A stretch of DNA of 64,000 nt, from the NCBI GenBank assembly GCA_049696975.1, contig JBAVUW010000134.1, forward strand, positions 841-64,840. Direction: 5' to 3'. This DNA is from Candidatus Acidiferrales bacterium. Lineage in GTDB: Bacteria > Acidobacteriota > Terriglobia > Acidiferrales > UBA7541. Position 1 is the stretch's first letter; the number at the start of each line of letters is the position of its first letter. The notes below the pieces were generated by a model, which worked only from the letters and a program-made list of their open reading frames with translations, was not told the DNA's origin and made no database searches. Shown here piece after piece: positions 1-11,173 of the stretch. Position numbers and translations under genes: made by a program.

Positions 1-2
1 AT

Positions 3-1064
3 TTGCATCTCGACGACTGCGCGATGATGTTCTACCTCGGCGTACTCGCATTCGATCACGTGCAGCATCGCGTCTGGCTGATCCAAAACGTCTTCACTGA
101 CGCCGCCGGCACGCTGCGCGAAAAATACGACGCGGCCGTGGCGGAAATCCAGAAGACTCGGAAACTGCTCGAGGGTCCGTTGCCGAAGCAGGTGCCGGCG
201 AAGGCGGAAGGCAAGCTGCGCGTGCGTTCGAATATGACCAGGGCCCAATTCGAGGGCGCGGTCAAGAAAGCGAAGTCCTACATCCGCGCCGGCGACGCGT
301 TCCAGATCGTCGTGAGCCAGCGCTTCGAGGCGCAGACGCAGGCCGAACCGTTTGAAATTTACCGCGCCCTGCGGGTCGTGAATCCCTCGCCGTATCTCTA
401 TTTCCTCAAGCTCGACGACCTCTCCGTCGTCGGCAGCTCACCGGAAATGCTGGTCAAAGTGCAGGAGCGCGAGGCCACCTATCGACCGCTCGCCGGAACG
501 CGTCCGCGCGGCCAGACGGAAAAACAGGACCGCGAGCTTGAAACCGCGCTGCTGGCAGATCCCAAGGAGCGCGCCGAGCACGTCATGCTCGTCGATCTGG
601 GGCGCAACGATTTGGGGCGCGTCTGCGAATATGGCTCTGTCAAGCCAGAGAGGCTGATGTTCGTCGAGCGCTATTCGCACGTGATGCACATCGCGTCCAG
701 CTTGCGCGGCCGGCTGCGCGACGACGTTGACTGCTTCGATGCATTGATGGCCTGCTTTCCAGCCGGCACGCTTTCAGGTGCTCCGAAGGTTCGCGCCATG
801 GAAATCATCGACGAGCTTGAGCCTACGCGCCGCGGCATTTACGCCGGTGCGATTCTGTATCTGGATTTTTCCGGCAATCTCGATTCGTGCATCGGCCTGC
901 GCACTTTGGTTGCGAAAAACGGTCGGGCGTATGTTCAGGCGGGTGCGGGAATCGTGGCCGATTCGGTGCCCCAGCGGGAATATGAGGAGTCCGCGAACAA
1001 AGCGCGCGCCGTGTTGAAGGCGCTCGAGATCGCGCATAATGGAGGAGTGGGTCGCGAGGGCTGA
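3..1064 (+). CDS. trpE: anthranilate synthase component I, 5'-truncated at window edge
   Basis: ORF is open to the window start. It shows a chorismate-binding C-terminal domain ([28 protein letters not shown]). trpG follows immediately. Confidence 0.9.
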   Translation: MHLDDCAMMFYLGVLAFDHVQHRVWLIQNVFTDAAGTLREKYDAAVAEIQKTRKLLEGPLPKQVPAKAEGKLRVRSNMTRAQFEGAVKKAKSYIRAGDAFQIVVSQRFEAQTQAEPFEIYRALRVVNPSPYLYFLKLDDLSVVGSSPEMLVKVQEREATYRPLAGTRPRGQTEKQDRELETALLADPKERAEHVMLVDLGRNDLGRVCEYGSVKPERLMFVERYSHVMHIASSLRGRLRDDVDCFDALMACFPAGTLSGAPKVRAMEIIDELEPTRRGIYAGAILYLDFSGNLDSCIGLRTLVAKNGRAYVQAGAGIVADSVPQREYEESANKARAVLKALEIAHNGGVGREG

Positions 1065-1089
1065 TCGATCGCGCCAGGCCGGTTCCAGC

Positions 1090-1653
1090 ATGCTTCTACT
1101 GCTCGACAACTACGATTCCTTTACCTATAACCTGGCCCAATACCTCGGCCAAATGGGGCAGACGCTCGAAGTGCGCCGCAACGATCAAATTACTCTCGAC
1201 GAAATCGAGATTTTGCAGCCGGAGCGCATCGTGATTTCGCCGGGGCCCTGCACGCCGGCCGAAGCGGGGATCAGCGTGCCTCTGATCGAGCGATTCGCGG
1301 GAAAAATTCCAATCTTAGGAGTTTGCCTCGGCCATCAGGCGATCGGCGCGGCGTTCGGCGGCCGCGTGATTCGCGCTCCTCAGGTGATGCACGGCAAAAC
1401 CAGCGAGATCCATCACGACGGCAAAACGATTTTCCGCAGCTTACCGCAGGATTTTCCGGCCACGCGGTATCACTCGCTGATCGTCGAACGAAAAACGCTC
1501 CCACGGACGCTTGAAATTTCGGCCGAAACGGCCGATGGCACAATCATGGGCCTGCGCCATCGCAAAATGAAAGTGGAAGGCGTGCAGTTCCATCCCGAAT
1601 CCGTGCTCACCGGTCCGGGCTTCAAACTTCTGGAAAATTTCCTCGGCGTTTGA
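1090..1653 (+). CDS. trpG: anthranilate synthase component II (glutamine amidotransferase)
   Basis: Class-I GATase motifs are present ([25 protein letters not shown]). Start placed at ATG 1090 (MLLLLDN) rather than the longer ORF start at 1039. Confidence 0.9.
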   Translation: MLLLLDNYDSFTYNLAQYLGQMGQTLEVRRNDQITLDEIEILQPERIVISPGPCTPAEAGISVPLIERFAGKIPILGVCLGHQAIGAAFGGRVIRAPQVMHGKTSEIHHDGKTIFRSLPQDFPATRYHSLIVERKTLPRTLEISAETADGTIMGLRHRKMKVEGVQFHPESVLTGPGFKLLENFLGV

Positions 1654-1753
1654 CGTCGCAGCCGCTTCCTGGAGGCGTCCGCTGCGGCCGATACCCAGCA
1701 CCGATACTTGGCGCGAGGGCCACGATTCATAGAGTTCGCCCGCCGAAGGAAGC

Positions 1754-2797
1754 TTATTCGCGCTGAGTAAACCCGACAAACGCGTCGAGCTTTTCCCGCG
1801 CCGCCCCGCTGTCAATCGATTGGGCGGCGAGGTCCACACCGTCGCGAAAATCCGCCGCCCGCCCCGCAGCGACCAGCGCGGCCGAAGCATTCGCAAGCAC
1901 AATGTCTCTGTGCGGAGTGTGTTCGCGATAAAGCAGCGAGCGCCCCAGAATCCTGTGAATGATCTCGGCGTTCTGCTTCGCGTCGCCGCCGTGGATCGAA
2001 TCGAACGGCGCGCGGTTCAAGCCGAAATCTTCCGGCGTCACCCGGTAATTCTGTACCAGGCCATTGCGCAGCTCCGAAACGCGCGTTTCTCCGGAAACGG
2101 AAACCTCATCCAGACCGCCTGCGCCGTGAACCACGAAAGCCCGGCGAACGCCGAGCTCGCCTAGAGCGAGCGCCATCAAATCGGTCATGCCGGCGTCATA
2201 CACACCCACCAGCTGTGCCGAGGCCGACGCGGGATTCGTGAGCGGCCCCAATAAATTAAAAATCGTCCGCGTCTTCAGCTCGCGCCGCGCGGCCATTGCA
2301 TGGCGTGTGGCGGCATGCACGGCCGGCGCAAACAGAAAGCCAATGCCGATTTCGGCAATCGATTGCGCCACGCGTTCCGGCGGCAAGTCGATGCGCGCAC
2401 CCAGTTGCTCGAGCACATCGGCTGAGCCGCAGCGCGAACTGATGGAGCGGTTGCCATGCTTGGCTACGCGCACGCCAGCGCCTGCCACCACGAAGGCCGC
2501 GGCCGTCGAGATGTTGAACGTGCCGGAAGCATCGCCGCCCGTCCCGCACGTATCCACCAGGGCTTCGTCCGCCATCGAATGCCCGGGGGGGAATATTCGC
2601 GTCGCGTGCCGCCTCATCGCTGTCGCAAACCCCACGACCTCGTTGAGCGATTCGCCCTTGGCCCGCAATCCGCTCAGCAGCTCGATAATGTCCGCGTCGC
2701 TCGCGCGACCGGCGAGGATCTCCTCCATGGCCGCATCGGCATCGACGCGCGAGAGGCTTTCGCCGGCGGAGACGATTTCGAGCGCTTCGTGAATCAT
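1754..2797 (-). CDS. trpD: anthranilate phosphoribosyltransferase
   Basis: Motifs CGTGGD, FNISTAAAFV and KHGNRS are present, and the 347-aa length is typical. Convergent with trpEG. Confidence 0.9.
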   Translation of the reverse strand: MIHEALEIVSAGESLSRVDADAAMEEILAGRASDADIIELLSGLRAKGESLNEVVGFATAMRRHATRIFPPGHSMADEALVDTCGTGGDASGTFNISTAAAFVVAGAGVRVAKHGNRSISSRCGSADVLEQLGARIDLPPERVAQSIAEIGIGFLFAPAVHAATRHAMAARRELKTRTIFNLLGPLTNPASASAQLVGVYDAGMTDLMALALGELGVRRAFVVHGAGGLDEVSVSGETRVSELRNGLVQNYRVTPEDFGLNRAPFDSIHGGDAKQNAEIIHRILGRSLLYREHTPHRDIVLANASAALVAAGRAADFRDGVDLAAQSIDSGAAREKLDAFVGFTQRE

Positions 2798-3140
2798 CGA
2801 CCCACTCGTTCATGGTGCGCGCTCATTTCCCTACGACCTTGACCAGTCGACCGGGCCCCACCCAGATCATCCGCATGGACCCAGAGAACCGGCAGCGGCC
2901 GCTACGAGGGCGAGCAAGATCCCGTGTTACGACGCCCCACCCCAAGGCGGTTTCCGCGGGTTTTTTCCACACCGATCGCAGGCGGCGCAGCAGATGCATG
3001 ATTCCGGCGGCCGTCAGGGCGACGAACGGATCCATATGCGCCTCCTTGCCCGGTCTGCGCGTTCCAAGTAAACTGGATCGCTTTCGACGCGCGTAAATTC
3101 TAGCATTAGTAAGGTGGGCTTCGGTTCCGTCACAGCATCC

Positions 3141-4310
3141 ATGAAAATCCACGAATATCAGGCGAAGGCGATTCTGGCGAAGTTCGGTGTGGCTGTCCCG
3201 CGCGGCGAAGTCGTCTCGAAAAAAGATCAGGCTCGCGCCGTGGCCGAGCGTCTGGGCACGCCGGTTGTCGTCGTGAAAGCGCAGATTCACGCGGGCGGGC
3301 GTGGCAAAGGCGGCGGCGTGAAGGTCGCGAAATCGGCTGAAGAAGCCGGAGCCCTCGCCGAGCGCATGCTGGGGATGAATCTCGTGACGGCGCAGACGGG
3401 TCCCGAGGGCCGCATTGTCCGGCGCGTGCTCGTGGAAGAAGGCCTCGACATCCAGCGCGAGATCTACTTGAGCGTTCTGGTCGACCGCGCCGTCGGCGCA
3501 CCGGTTTTCATGGCCAGCGCCGCCGGCGGCATGGAGATCGAGGAAGTCGCCAAGACGCATCCGGAGAAAATCCTGCGCGAAGCGGTTCACGCCGAAGAGG
3601 GATTTCAGGCTTACCACGCGCGGAAGCTGGCCTTCGGCCTCGGACTGTCGCCCGAGCTGGTTCACGCGGCGGTGCCATTCATGACGGCGCTCTATCGCGC
3701 CTTCGTTGAGACGGATTCCTCTCTGCTCGAAATCAATCCATGCGTCGTCACAGGCGATGGCCGGCTGGTGGCGCTTGACGCGAAAATCAATTTCGACGAC
3801 AACGCGCTCTATCGCCACCCCGAATTCAAGGAACTGCGCGATCTGGACGAAGAAACGCCGCTCGAAGTCGAAGCCTCCAAATACAAACTCAACTACATCA
3901 AACTCGACGGCAATATCGCCTGCATGGTGAATGGCGCGGGCCTGGCCATGGCCACAATGGACATCATCAAGCTCAGCGGGGGCAACCCCGCAAATTTTCT
4001 GGATGTCGGCGGCGACGCGTCTGAAGAACGCGTGAAGAACGCGTTTCGCATTTTGCTCAGCGATCCAAGCGTGAAGGCCGTCTTCATCAACGTGTTCGGC
4101 GGGATTTTGCGCTGCGACATGCTCGCGAGCGGAATTGTCAGCGCCGCCAAGGAGCTGCGATTCGAAGTGCCCGTCGTTGTGCGCATGGAAGGCACGAACG
4201 TGCGCGAGGGCCAGGAAATCCTCCGCAATTCCGGCCTCAACTTTTCCGTCGCTGACGGAATGAAGGACGGCGCGGAAAAAGCCGTCGCCCTGGCGGGTGA
4301 CGCGCGATGA
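3141..4310 (+). CDS. sucC: succinyl-CoA synthetase beta subunit
   Basis: [13 protein letters not shown]-terminus with ATP-grasp and ligase-CoA domains. Stop overlaps the sucD start (ATGA). Confidence 0.93.
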   Translation: MKIHEYQAKAILAKFGVAVPRGEVVSKKDQARAVAERLGTPVVVVKAQIHAGGRGKGGGVKVAKSAEEAGALAERMLGMNLVTAQTGPEGRIVRRVLVEEGLDIQREIYLSVLVDRAVGAPVFMASAAGGMEIEEVAKTHPEKILREAVHAEEGFQAYHARKLAFGLGLSPELVHAAVPFMTALYRAFVETDSSLLEINPCVVTGDGRLVALDAKINFDDNALYRHPEFKELRDLDEETPLEVEASKYKLNYIKLDGNIACMVNGAGLAMATMDIIKLSGGNPANFLDVGGDASEERVKNAFRILLSDPSVKAVFINVFGGILRCDMLASGIVSAAKELRFEVPVVVRMEGTNVREGQEILRNSGLNFSVADGMKDGAEKAVALAGDAR

Positions 4311-5251
4311 GCGTTCTAGTCGACAAGAAAACTCGTGTCGTAGTGCAGGGCCTCACGGGCCGCGAGGGAAGCTTTCATTCGCAGCAGATGGTTGATTACG
4401 GCACGAAAATCGTCGCCGGAGTGACCCCGGGCAAGGGCGGCACGAAGCACCTCGGTGTCCCGATCTTCGACACCGTGGCCGAAGCCGGGCGCGAGACCGG
4501 TGCCACCGCTTCGATCGCGTTCGTGCCGCCGGCGTTCGCTGCGGATGCGATTCTCGAAGCCATCGACGCCGGGCTGCCGCTGGCGATCTGCATCGCCGAA
4601 GGCATACCGGTACTGGATATGGTTCGCGTCGCCGCGGCATTGAAAAACTCCACGACGCGGCTGATCGGACCGAACTGCCCGGGCATTATTTCGCCCGGCC
4701 AGTGCAAGCTCGGCATCATGCCGGCCTCGATTCATAAACGAGGCAACGTCGGCGTGGTGAGTCGCAGCGGCACGCTCACCTATGAAGCCGTGGGGCAGCT
4801 CACCGGACTCGGCATCGGGCAATCGACCTGTATCGGCATCGGCGGCGATCCGATCATCGGCACGAGCTTTCTCGACGCGATTCGCATGTTCAACGACGAT
4901 CCGGAAACCCAGGCGATCGTGATGATCGGCGAAATCGGCGGCAACGCCGAGGAGATCGCCGCGGACTTCATCAAGAAACACGTGAAGAAGCCCGTGGTCG
5001 GTTTCATTGCGGGGCAGACGGCGCCGCCGGGCCGCCGCATGGGCCATGCCGGCGCAATCATCAGCGGCGGAAAAGGCACCGCAAAGGAAAAGTACGCCGC
5101 TCTCCGCGCCGCCGGCATCCACACTGTCCAGAGCCCCGCCGAGATCGGCGAAACCATGGCGCGAGCGCTGGCCAAGTCGCCCACGAGCTCGAAGGCGGCC
5201 AAGAAATCTGCCCCCCGCAAGGCGAAGCAAAAAGCAAAAAAGCGCACCTAG
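4307..5251 (+). CDS. sucD: succinyl-CoA synthetase alpha subunit with Lys/Ala-rich C-terminal tail
   Basis: [20 protein letters not shown] and the MGHAGAI phosphohistidine loop are present. There is an extra roughly 26-aa basic tail. Confidence 0.93.
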   Translation: MSVLVDKKTRVVVQGLTGREGSFHSQQMVDYGTKIVAGVTPGKGGTKHLGVPIFDTVAEAGRETGATASIAFVPPAFAADAILEAIDAGLPLAICIAEGIPVLDMVRVAAALKNSTTRLIGPNCPGIISPGQCKLGIMPASIHKRGNVGVVSRSGTLTYEAVGQLTGLGIGQSTCIGIGGDPIIGTSFLDAIRMFNDDPETQAIVMIGEIGGNAEEIAADFIKKHVKKPVVGFIAGQTAPPGRRMGHAGAIISGGKGTAKEKYAALRAAGIHTVQSPAEIGETMARALAKSPTSSKAAKKSAPRKAKQKAKKRT

Positions 5252-5299
5252 CGCCGAAAGCAGCTGGCGGGACAATTTCAAACACGGGAGAATCATCGA

Positions 5300-5719
5300 A
5301 TGGCGGTTGAGCGAACGTTTGCAATCATTAAACCGGATGCGGTGAAGCGAAATCTGACGGCCGACATTCTGAGCCGGATCCACGCTGCGAAATTCAAGAT
5401 CGTGGCGATCCGGTCGCTGCGCCTGACGAAGGCGGAAGCCGAGGGATTTTACGCCGTGCACCGCGAGCGGCCATTTTTCGGCGAGCTGACGGATTTCATG
5501 AGCTCGGGCAAGGCCGTAGTGATCGTCCTTGAAGCCGAAGGCGCGATCTCGAAATGGCGCGACACGATGGGCGCCACCGACCCGGCCAAGGCCACGCCCG
5601 GGACGATTCGCAAAGAACTCGGCACGAGCATTCAGAACAACTGTACGCACGGCTCGGATGGCGCCGCCACGGCCGCGTTCGAAATCGGCTATTTTTTTGC
5701 CGGCCTCGAGCTGATCTAG
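5300..5719 (+). CDS. ndk: nucleoside diphosphate kinase
   Basis: [12 protein letters not shown] and NCTHGSD (active-site His) are present. Length 139 aa. Confidence 0.93.
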   Translation: MAVERTFAIIKPDAVKRNLTADILSRIHAAKFKIVAIRSLRLTKAEAEGFYAVHRERPFFGELTDFMSSGKAVVIVLEAEGAISKWRDTMGATDPAKATPGTIRKELGTSIQNNCTHGSDGAATAAFEIGYFFAGLELI

Positions 5720-5770
5720 CGGGTGCGTCGCGCGCGGTAGGGCGACTCGCCCGACGAATCGGTTGAATAG

Positions 5771-6022
5771 GTGACCATCGAAGCCGCCATGGACCCTCTG
5801 CGCGATCTCGGGAAGCTGCTGCTGGTCGCCGGCGTAGTGCTGATCGGCGCTGGCGCTCTGCTCCTGTTCGGTGCACGCCTGCCGTTTCGGCTCGGCCGCC
5901 TGCCCGGAGACATTTCCTATCAAGGCCGGCACGGCAGCTTTTACTTTCCCCTGGTGACCTGTCTTCTGGTGAGCCTCGCGCTGACGCTGATTTCCTGGAT
6001 CGTGAATTATTTCCGCCGCTAG
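5771..6022 (+). CDS. small membrane protein (DUF2905-like)
   Basis: 83 aa with two hydrophobic helices flanking a GRLPGDI...FYFP motif, as seen in DUF2905 proteins. Confidence 0.55.
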   Translation: MTIEAAMDPLRDLGKLLLVAGVVLIGAGALLLFGARLPFRLGRLPGDISYQGRHGSFYFPLVTCLLVSLALTLISWIVNYFRR

Positions 6023-6026
6023 AGCC

Positions 6027-7391
6027 ATGAGCCAATCCTCCCTGTTCGATCTCGCACCACAGCGACACATTTGGAAGGTCAGCGAGCTCACCGAGCGCAT
6101 TGGAGACTTGATCGAAGGCGCATTCCCGGATGTTTGGATCGAAGGCGAAGTCTCGAATTACCGCCCCGCCCAATCCGGCCATCTGTATTTCACCTTGAAA
6201 GACGCCCGATCGCAGATTCGCTGCGTCTGTTTTCGCGATCAGGCGCGCATGCTGAAGTTCCGCCCCGAGGACGGACTCCATGTCACCGTGCGCGGGTCGC
6301 TAGGCGTCTACGAGCCGCGCGGCGAGTATCAGGTCTACGTCAGCCTGATCGAGCCGGTCGGCGCCGGCGCGCTGCAAGTTGCTTTCGAGCAGCTGAAGAA
6401 AAAGCTTCAGGAGGAAGGTCTTTTCGACTCGGCGCGCAAGAAAGCGTTGCCGGTGCTGCCACGATGCATCGGTGTGGTCACCTCGCCCACCGGGGCGGCG
6501 ATTCGCGACGTCCTGCGCGTGCTGAAGCGGCGATTCGCCAACGTGCACGTGCAGATTTATCCCGTGAAGGTGCAGGGCGAAGGAGCCGCGGCCGAAGTAG
6601 CGGCGGCGTTGCGGTACTTCGATCGCGCGAAATTGGCGGACGTGGTGATCGTGACGCGCGGCGGCGGATCGCTCGAGGATCTCTGGGCTTTCAACGAAGA
6701 GATCGTGGCTCGCGCGATTGCGGCATCGGAGGTGCCGGTGATTACCGGCATCGGCCACGAAACGGATTTCACCATCGCGGATTTCGTGGCCGATCTGCGG
6801 GCACCGACGCCCTCGGCCGCCGCGGAAATCGTGGTGCAATCGCGCCAGGAATTCGAGCGGCATATCGCGGCGTGCACCCGCGACCTGGTGAAGGAGATGC
6901 GTTATTTCCTTTCGCAACGGCGGCACCATGTTCGCGACTTGCAGACGCACCGCGGATTCCGGCAGCTCGAACTGCTGGTGCGGCGCCGGCATCAACAGCT
7001 CGACGAGCTTTCCTCCTCGCTGGGCATGGTGCTGCGACTGAGAATTGCGACGGCGCGCCAGCGGATGACGCAAGCAGGCGCGCAGATACTCTCGTTCGAT
7101 TTGCGGGCGCGGGCGACGGTGCTGCGGCGACGCATCGAGCAGCAGGTCGAATCGCTGCGTGCCGCGGTCGATCGCACGCTGATCGCGAAACGGCATCCCT
7201 ACGAGAAGCTGAAGCTGCAGCTCGACGAGCGCAGCCCGCTGCAACTGCTCGAGCGGGGCTACGCCATCGCCTACGACGCTTCCGGACGGGTTCTGCGTTC
7301 GGCTGATCAAGTGGCCCCGGGGGATGGCATCTCCGTGCGGCTTGCCAGGGGACTTCTCGAGGCCACCGTTCGCAAAAAGCGCGATCCCTGA
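6027..7391 (+). CDS. xseA: exodeoxyribonuclease VII large subunit
   Basis: N-terminal OB fold (VWIEGEVSN...GHLYFTLKD), catalytic core (IGVVTS, VTRGGGS, GIGHETD) and a coiled-coil tail. Confidence 0.87.
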   Translation: MSQSSLFDLAPQRHIWKVSELTERIGDLIEGAFPDVWIEGEVSNYRPAQSGHLYFTLKDARSQIRCVCFRDQARMLKFRPEDGLHVTVRGSLGVYEPRGEYQVYVSLIEPVGAGALQVAFEQLKKKLQEEGLFDSARKKALPVLPRCIGVVTSPTGAAIRDVLRVLKRRFANVHVQIYPVKVQGEGAAAEVAAALRYFDRAKLADVVIVTRGGGSLEDLWAFNEEIVARAIAASEVPVITGIGHETDFTIADFVADLRAPTPSAAAEIVVQSRQEFERHIAACTRDLVKEMRYFLSQRRHHVRDLQTHRGFRQLELLVRRRHQQLDELSSSLGMVLRLRIATARQRMTQAGAQILSFDLRARATVLRRRIEQQVESLRAAVDRTLIAKRHPYEKLKLQLDERSPLQLLERGYAIAYDASGRVLRSADQVAPGDGISVRLARGLLEATVRKKRDP

Positions 7392-7451
7392 CAACGCCTT
7401 TGCGTGTTACGGCGTGGGGGTTTCCCGATATGCCCCAGAGTCTCGTGGATC

Positions 7452-9266
7452 CTATTCGTCGTCGCCGGTGCTGCTGGCGACCTTGAGCACGGCGAGGAAG
7501 GCTTCCTGGGGGATGTCGACACGGCCCACGCGTTTCATGCGTTTTTTGCCTTCTTTTTGTTTTTCGAGGAGCTTGCGTTTGCGGGAGATGTCTCCTCCGT
7601 AGCATTTGGCAATCACGTTCTTGCGGATGGCGCTGATGGTTTCGCGAGCGATCACGCGGCTGCCGATGGCGGCCTGAATGGGCACCTCGAACATCTGTCG
7701 CGGAATCAGTTTGCGCAGGCGGCTGACGAGATCGCGGCCCCGATCATAAGACTGTTCGCGGTGGCAGATGATGGTGAGCGCGTCAACCGGTTCACCGCCG
7801 ACCAGCACGTCGAGCTTCACGAGGTCGGATTCGCGGTACCCGGATAGGTGATAGTCGAGCGAGGCGTAGCCGCGGGAAACGCTTTTGAGCCGGTCGTAGA
7901 AATCGAGCACGATTTCATTCAGCGCCATTTCATAGGTCAGCATGATCCGCGTGGGCGAAAGGTATTCGAATTTTTTCTGCACGCCCCGCTTTTCCTCGCA
8001 CAGAGCGAGCACGCCGCCGACAGATTCCTCCGAGGTGATGATCATGGCGGTGAGGATCGGTTCTTCGATTTTTTCGATGTTGGCGGGCGGTGGAAATTTC
8101 GTGGGGTTGTCCACTTCCCGGACGACGCCGTCGGTGGTGGTGATGCGGTACTGCACGCTGGGCGCGGTGGTGATCAGGTCGATATTGAACTCGCGTTCCA
8201 GGCGCTCCTGCGCGATTTCCATGTGCAGCAGGCCGAGGAAACCGCAGCGAAATCCGAATCCGAGTGCCACGGAATTTTCCGGCTCGTAGAAAAACGCCGC
8301 ATCGTTGAGCTGCAGTTTTCCGAGCGCGTCGCGGAGCAATTCGTAATCCGTGGCGTTCACCGGGAAAAGGCCGGCGAAAACCATGGGCTTGATGGCTTCA
8401 AAGCCCGGCAGCGGCAGCGCGGGGCGGGCCGCTTCGACGATGGTGTCGCCCATGCGCGCATCGGCCACGCGCTTGATGTTCGCAACCACGAATCCCACAT
8501 CGCCCGCGGCGAGCTCCTCGAGCACGACAGGCTTTGGCGTGAGGGCTCCGAGTGCCTCGACTTCGTACACTTCGTTACCGGCGCAGAGACGAATCTTCGT
8601 GCCGGGCGTGAGACGGCCTTCAACGACCCGCACCAGGACGACCGCGCCACGATAGATATCGAACCAGGAATCAAAAATCAGCGCTCGCAGCGGCGCTTCG
8701 AAGGATCCCTTCGGCGGCGGCACGCGATCGACGACGGCCTCAAGAACCTCTTCGACGCCCAGGCCGCTCTTGGCGCTGATGAGCAGTGCGTCGTCGGCGG
8801 GAATCGCCAGCACATTTTCGATTTGGTCCTTGGCGAAATCGGGACGCGCGGCGGGCAGGTCGATCTTATTGATCACCGGAAGGATCGCGAGGTTGTGGCG
8901 CGAGGCGAGAAAAGCGTTGGCGACCGTTTGTGCCTCGACACCCTGGCTGGCGTCAACCACCAGCAGCGCGCCCTCGCAGGCGGAAAGCGCGCGCGAAACT
9001 TCGTAGGAAAAATCGACGTGGCCGGGCGTATCGATCAGGTTCAGCCGATATTCGTGGCCATCTTTGGCGGTGTAGTGCAGCCGGATGCTTTTCGCTTTGA
9101 TGGTGATGCCGCGCTCGCGTTCCAGATCCATCGAGTCGAGCACTTGCGCGCTCATTTCTCGCTGGGTCAGTGCCCCGGTGAGCTCGAGCAGCCGGTCGGC
9201 CAGGGTGGATTTCCCGTGGTCGATATGAGCGATGATGCAGAAATTGCGAATGAACTGCGGGTTCAT
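7452..9266 (-). CDS. lepA: translation elongation factor 4
   Basis: [25 protein letters not shown] and the LepA-specific C-terminal domain are present. Length 604 aa. Confidence 0.95.
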   Translation of the reverse strand: MNPQFIRNFCIIAHIDHGKSTLADRLLELTGALTQREMSAQVLDSMDLERERGITIKAKSIRLHYTAKDGHEYRLNLIDTPGHVDFSYEVSRALSACEGALLVVDASQGVEAQTVANAFLASRHNLAILPVINKIDLPAARPDFAKDQIENVLAIPADDALLISAKSGLGVEEVLEAVVDRVPPPKGSFEAPLRALIFDSWFDIYRGAVVLVRVVEGRLTPGTKIRLCAGNEVYEVEALGALTPKPVVLEELAAGDVGFVVANIKRVADARMGDTIVEAARPALPLPGFEAIKPMVFAGLFPVNATDYELLRDALGKLQLNDAAFFYEPENSVALGFGFRCGFLGLLHMEIAQERLEREFNIDLITTAPSVQYRITTTDGVVREVDNPTKFPPPANIEKIEEPILTAMIITSEESVGGVLALCEEKRGVQKKFEYLSPTRIMLTYEMALNEIVLDFYDRLKSVSRGYASLDYHLSGYRESDLVKLDVLVGGEPVDALTIICHREQSYDRGRDLVSRLRKLIPRQMFEVPIQAAIGSRVIARETISAIRKNVIAKCYGGDISRKRKLLEKQKEGKKRMKRVGRVDIPQEAFLAVLKVASSTGDDE

Positions 9267-9412
9267 GGATTTTCGGGTCGATTGCAGCGCGGCGGGAAAA
9301 AGTTGCGATTCAGCGCGCGGCGGCTGCCTGTTTCAGAGTATTGAGTTTGCCATAGAAATGAGGAGGCAGGGAAGTAAGGAGGCGAGCAGGCCAGGAAGCC
9401 GGGTGTGGGCGG

Positions 9413-10000
9413 TTACTCGCGCGCGGCGCCGCGGGCCGAGGCGGCGAGGATGAATTCCGAGAGCAGTTCGCCGAGGCTGCGGCCGGAGCCGTCGAATGGG
9501 CGATCGCGGGTGGCGCGGTCGAGCCAGCCCAGGCAGATCAACTGGGCCACGTCGGACCATGAATCGGCGGCGGACTGGGTAAATCCGATTTCGCGCAGGA
9601 CATCTGCAATCAGGCGCGATGTTCTTTTCTCGACAGCCGCGACGCGGCCCGCCACCCGCTCATCGGCTCGCGCCCAGGCTCGCAGGGATACCTCCAGACG
9701 CATCCGGTCGGCGTCCACGGCGCGTGCCACGAAGTTTGCCCAGCGTGTGGCAGCGCCGGCAGCGGCCTCTGCGTTCAACCAATCGATCTCGGCATCTTCC
9801 CAGCGCGTCAGCAGCTTTTCAAGCAGCTCGCCTCGATCGCGAAAATGCCAGTAAAAGCTGCCCTTGCTGACGCCGAGGTCGCGGGCCAGCACCTCCACGC
9901 GCACGGATTCGATTCCATTCTGGGCCAGACGGTTTTCGGCGGCACGAAGCCAGTTGTCGGGATGAAGCGAGGGGGCTCGAGCTGGGGCGGCGCTGGCCAT
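9413..10000 (-). CDS. TetR/AcrR family transcriptional regulator
   Basis: N-terminal HTH (VRVEVLARDLGVSKGSFYWHF). Length 195 aa. Confidence 0.8.
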   Translation of the reverse strand: MASAAPARAPSLHPDNWLRAAENRLAQNGIESVRVEVLARDLGVSKGSFYWHFRDRGELLEKLLTRWEDAEIDWLNAEAAAGAATRWANFVARAVDADRMRLEVSLRAWARADERVAGRVAAVEKRTSRLIADVLREIGFTQSAADSWSDVAQLICLGWLDRATRDRPFDGSGRSLGELLSEFILAASARGAARE

Positions 10001-10125
10001 ACGGCGGCGTATGCGAAAGGAAGGTAATTCAATACGGACGTGTCGTCAAGCCAAAGTGCGGGCCAACGTGCGGGCTAAGACCAAATCAAGGGCCGGCGGG
10101 CCTCAGCCCAACGGAGCGGGGTGAG

Positions 10126-11067
10126 CTAGAGAGCGGCTCGCGCGGCGGCGAGGATTCCTGGGTCGTCGCCGAAGCCGGGGAGCCAGTGGACTTCTTCCTC
10201 CTTGCGGAACCAGGTTCCCTGGCGTTTTGAGAAGCGGCGGGTGGCCTGCTGAATGCGAGGCACGGCGAGGGCGATGGCGCGTGCATCCGCGCCGGTGCCC
10301 TCGCTGCGTGTGAGGACCTCGCGCAAATCAGAATAACCGATGAAGTGAAACGGCTTTGCATCGGCGGCCACGCCGCGCGCGATCAGACCGCGAACTTCGT
10401 TTGCCCAGCCGGCGGCGATCATGGATTCTACGCGCGCGTTGATGCGAGCGTACAGGGCCTCGCGCGAGGGTTGCAGGCCGATTTTGCGGATTTCGAATCC
10501 GGCGAGCGCGCTGCGTCCCCGGCGATGGACTTCGCCGACGGATTTTCCGGCGAGCTGACGGATCTCGATCGCGCGAATGATTTTCTGCGTGTCGCGGGGA
10601 GCGATGCGTGCGGCGGCTTCCTTGTCCATACGCGAGAGCACGCCATGCAGGTAGAGCGCCCCGTGTTTTGCGGCGCGCTGGCGCAAGCGGGCGCGTAACC
10701 CTTCGGAGCGCTCGGGCGCCTCGGAGAGCCCTTCGAGCAGGGCCCGAAGATAGAGACCGGTCCCGGCGGTGAGGATCGGCAGCTTGCCGCGACGGCGCAG
10801 GTCGTCGAGCACCTCGATGGCACGCCGGCGATACTCACCGGCGCTGAAAACCTCGTCCGGTTCGACGAGATCGACCAGATGATGCGGGATGCCGCGCTGT
10901 TCAGCTGCAGGAACCTTGCCCGTGCCGATATCGAAATGCCGATACACCTGCGTGGAATCGCAGACCAGGATTTCACCGCCGAGACGCTCGGCGAGATCCA
11001 TTCCCAACGCCGACTTCCCCGAGGCCGTGGGCCCTAGAATCACGATGAGCCGCGCCAGCTCGCTCAT
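10126..11067 (-). CDS. miaA: tRNA dimethylallyltransferase
   Basis: P-loop VILGPTASGKS plus IPHHLVD and GGTGLY-like motifs. Start placed at ATG 11067. Confidence 0.88.
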   Translation of the reverse strand: MSELARLIVILGPTASGKSALGMDLAERLGGEILVCDSTQVYRHFDIGTGKVPAAEQRGIPHHLVDLVEPDEVFSAGEYRRRAIEVLDDLRRRGKLPILTAGTGLYLRALLEGLSEAPERSEGLRARLRQRAAKHGALYLHGVLSRMDKEAAARIAPRDTQKIIRAIEIRQLAGKSVGEVHRRGRSALAGFEIRKIGLQPSREALYARINARVESMIAAGWANEVRGLIARGVAADAKPFHFIGYSDLREVLTRSEGTGADARAIALAVPRIQQATRRFSKRQGTWFRKEEEVHWLPGFGDDPGILAAARAAL

Positions 11068-11173
11068 CCGGCCATGCATCCTGAAAAGGTCCCCCGGCGC
11101 AGCAAGTGCCACAGCGCGGCCAGCAACAAGGGCCCGGCGATTTGCGCGCGGCTCGTTTTCATTGGTTTCCGGA

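Noticed and set aside
4316-6100. 594-aa ORF on the minus strand
   Set aside because: It is antisense to sucD, ndk and the DUF2905 gene. This is a shadow ORF typical of GC-rich codon bias, with no motifs.
7848-9344. 498-aa plus-strand ORF, and the similar 6071..7306, 2823..3818, 43017..43874 and 44827..45888 alternative-frame ORFs
   Set aside because: All overlap confidently identified genes (lepA, xseA, sucC, phosphoesterase, multicopper oxidase). All have the Arg/Pro/Gly-rich composition of off-frame translation.
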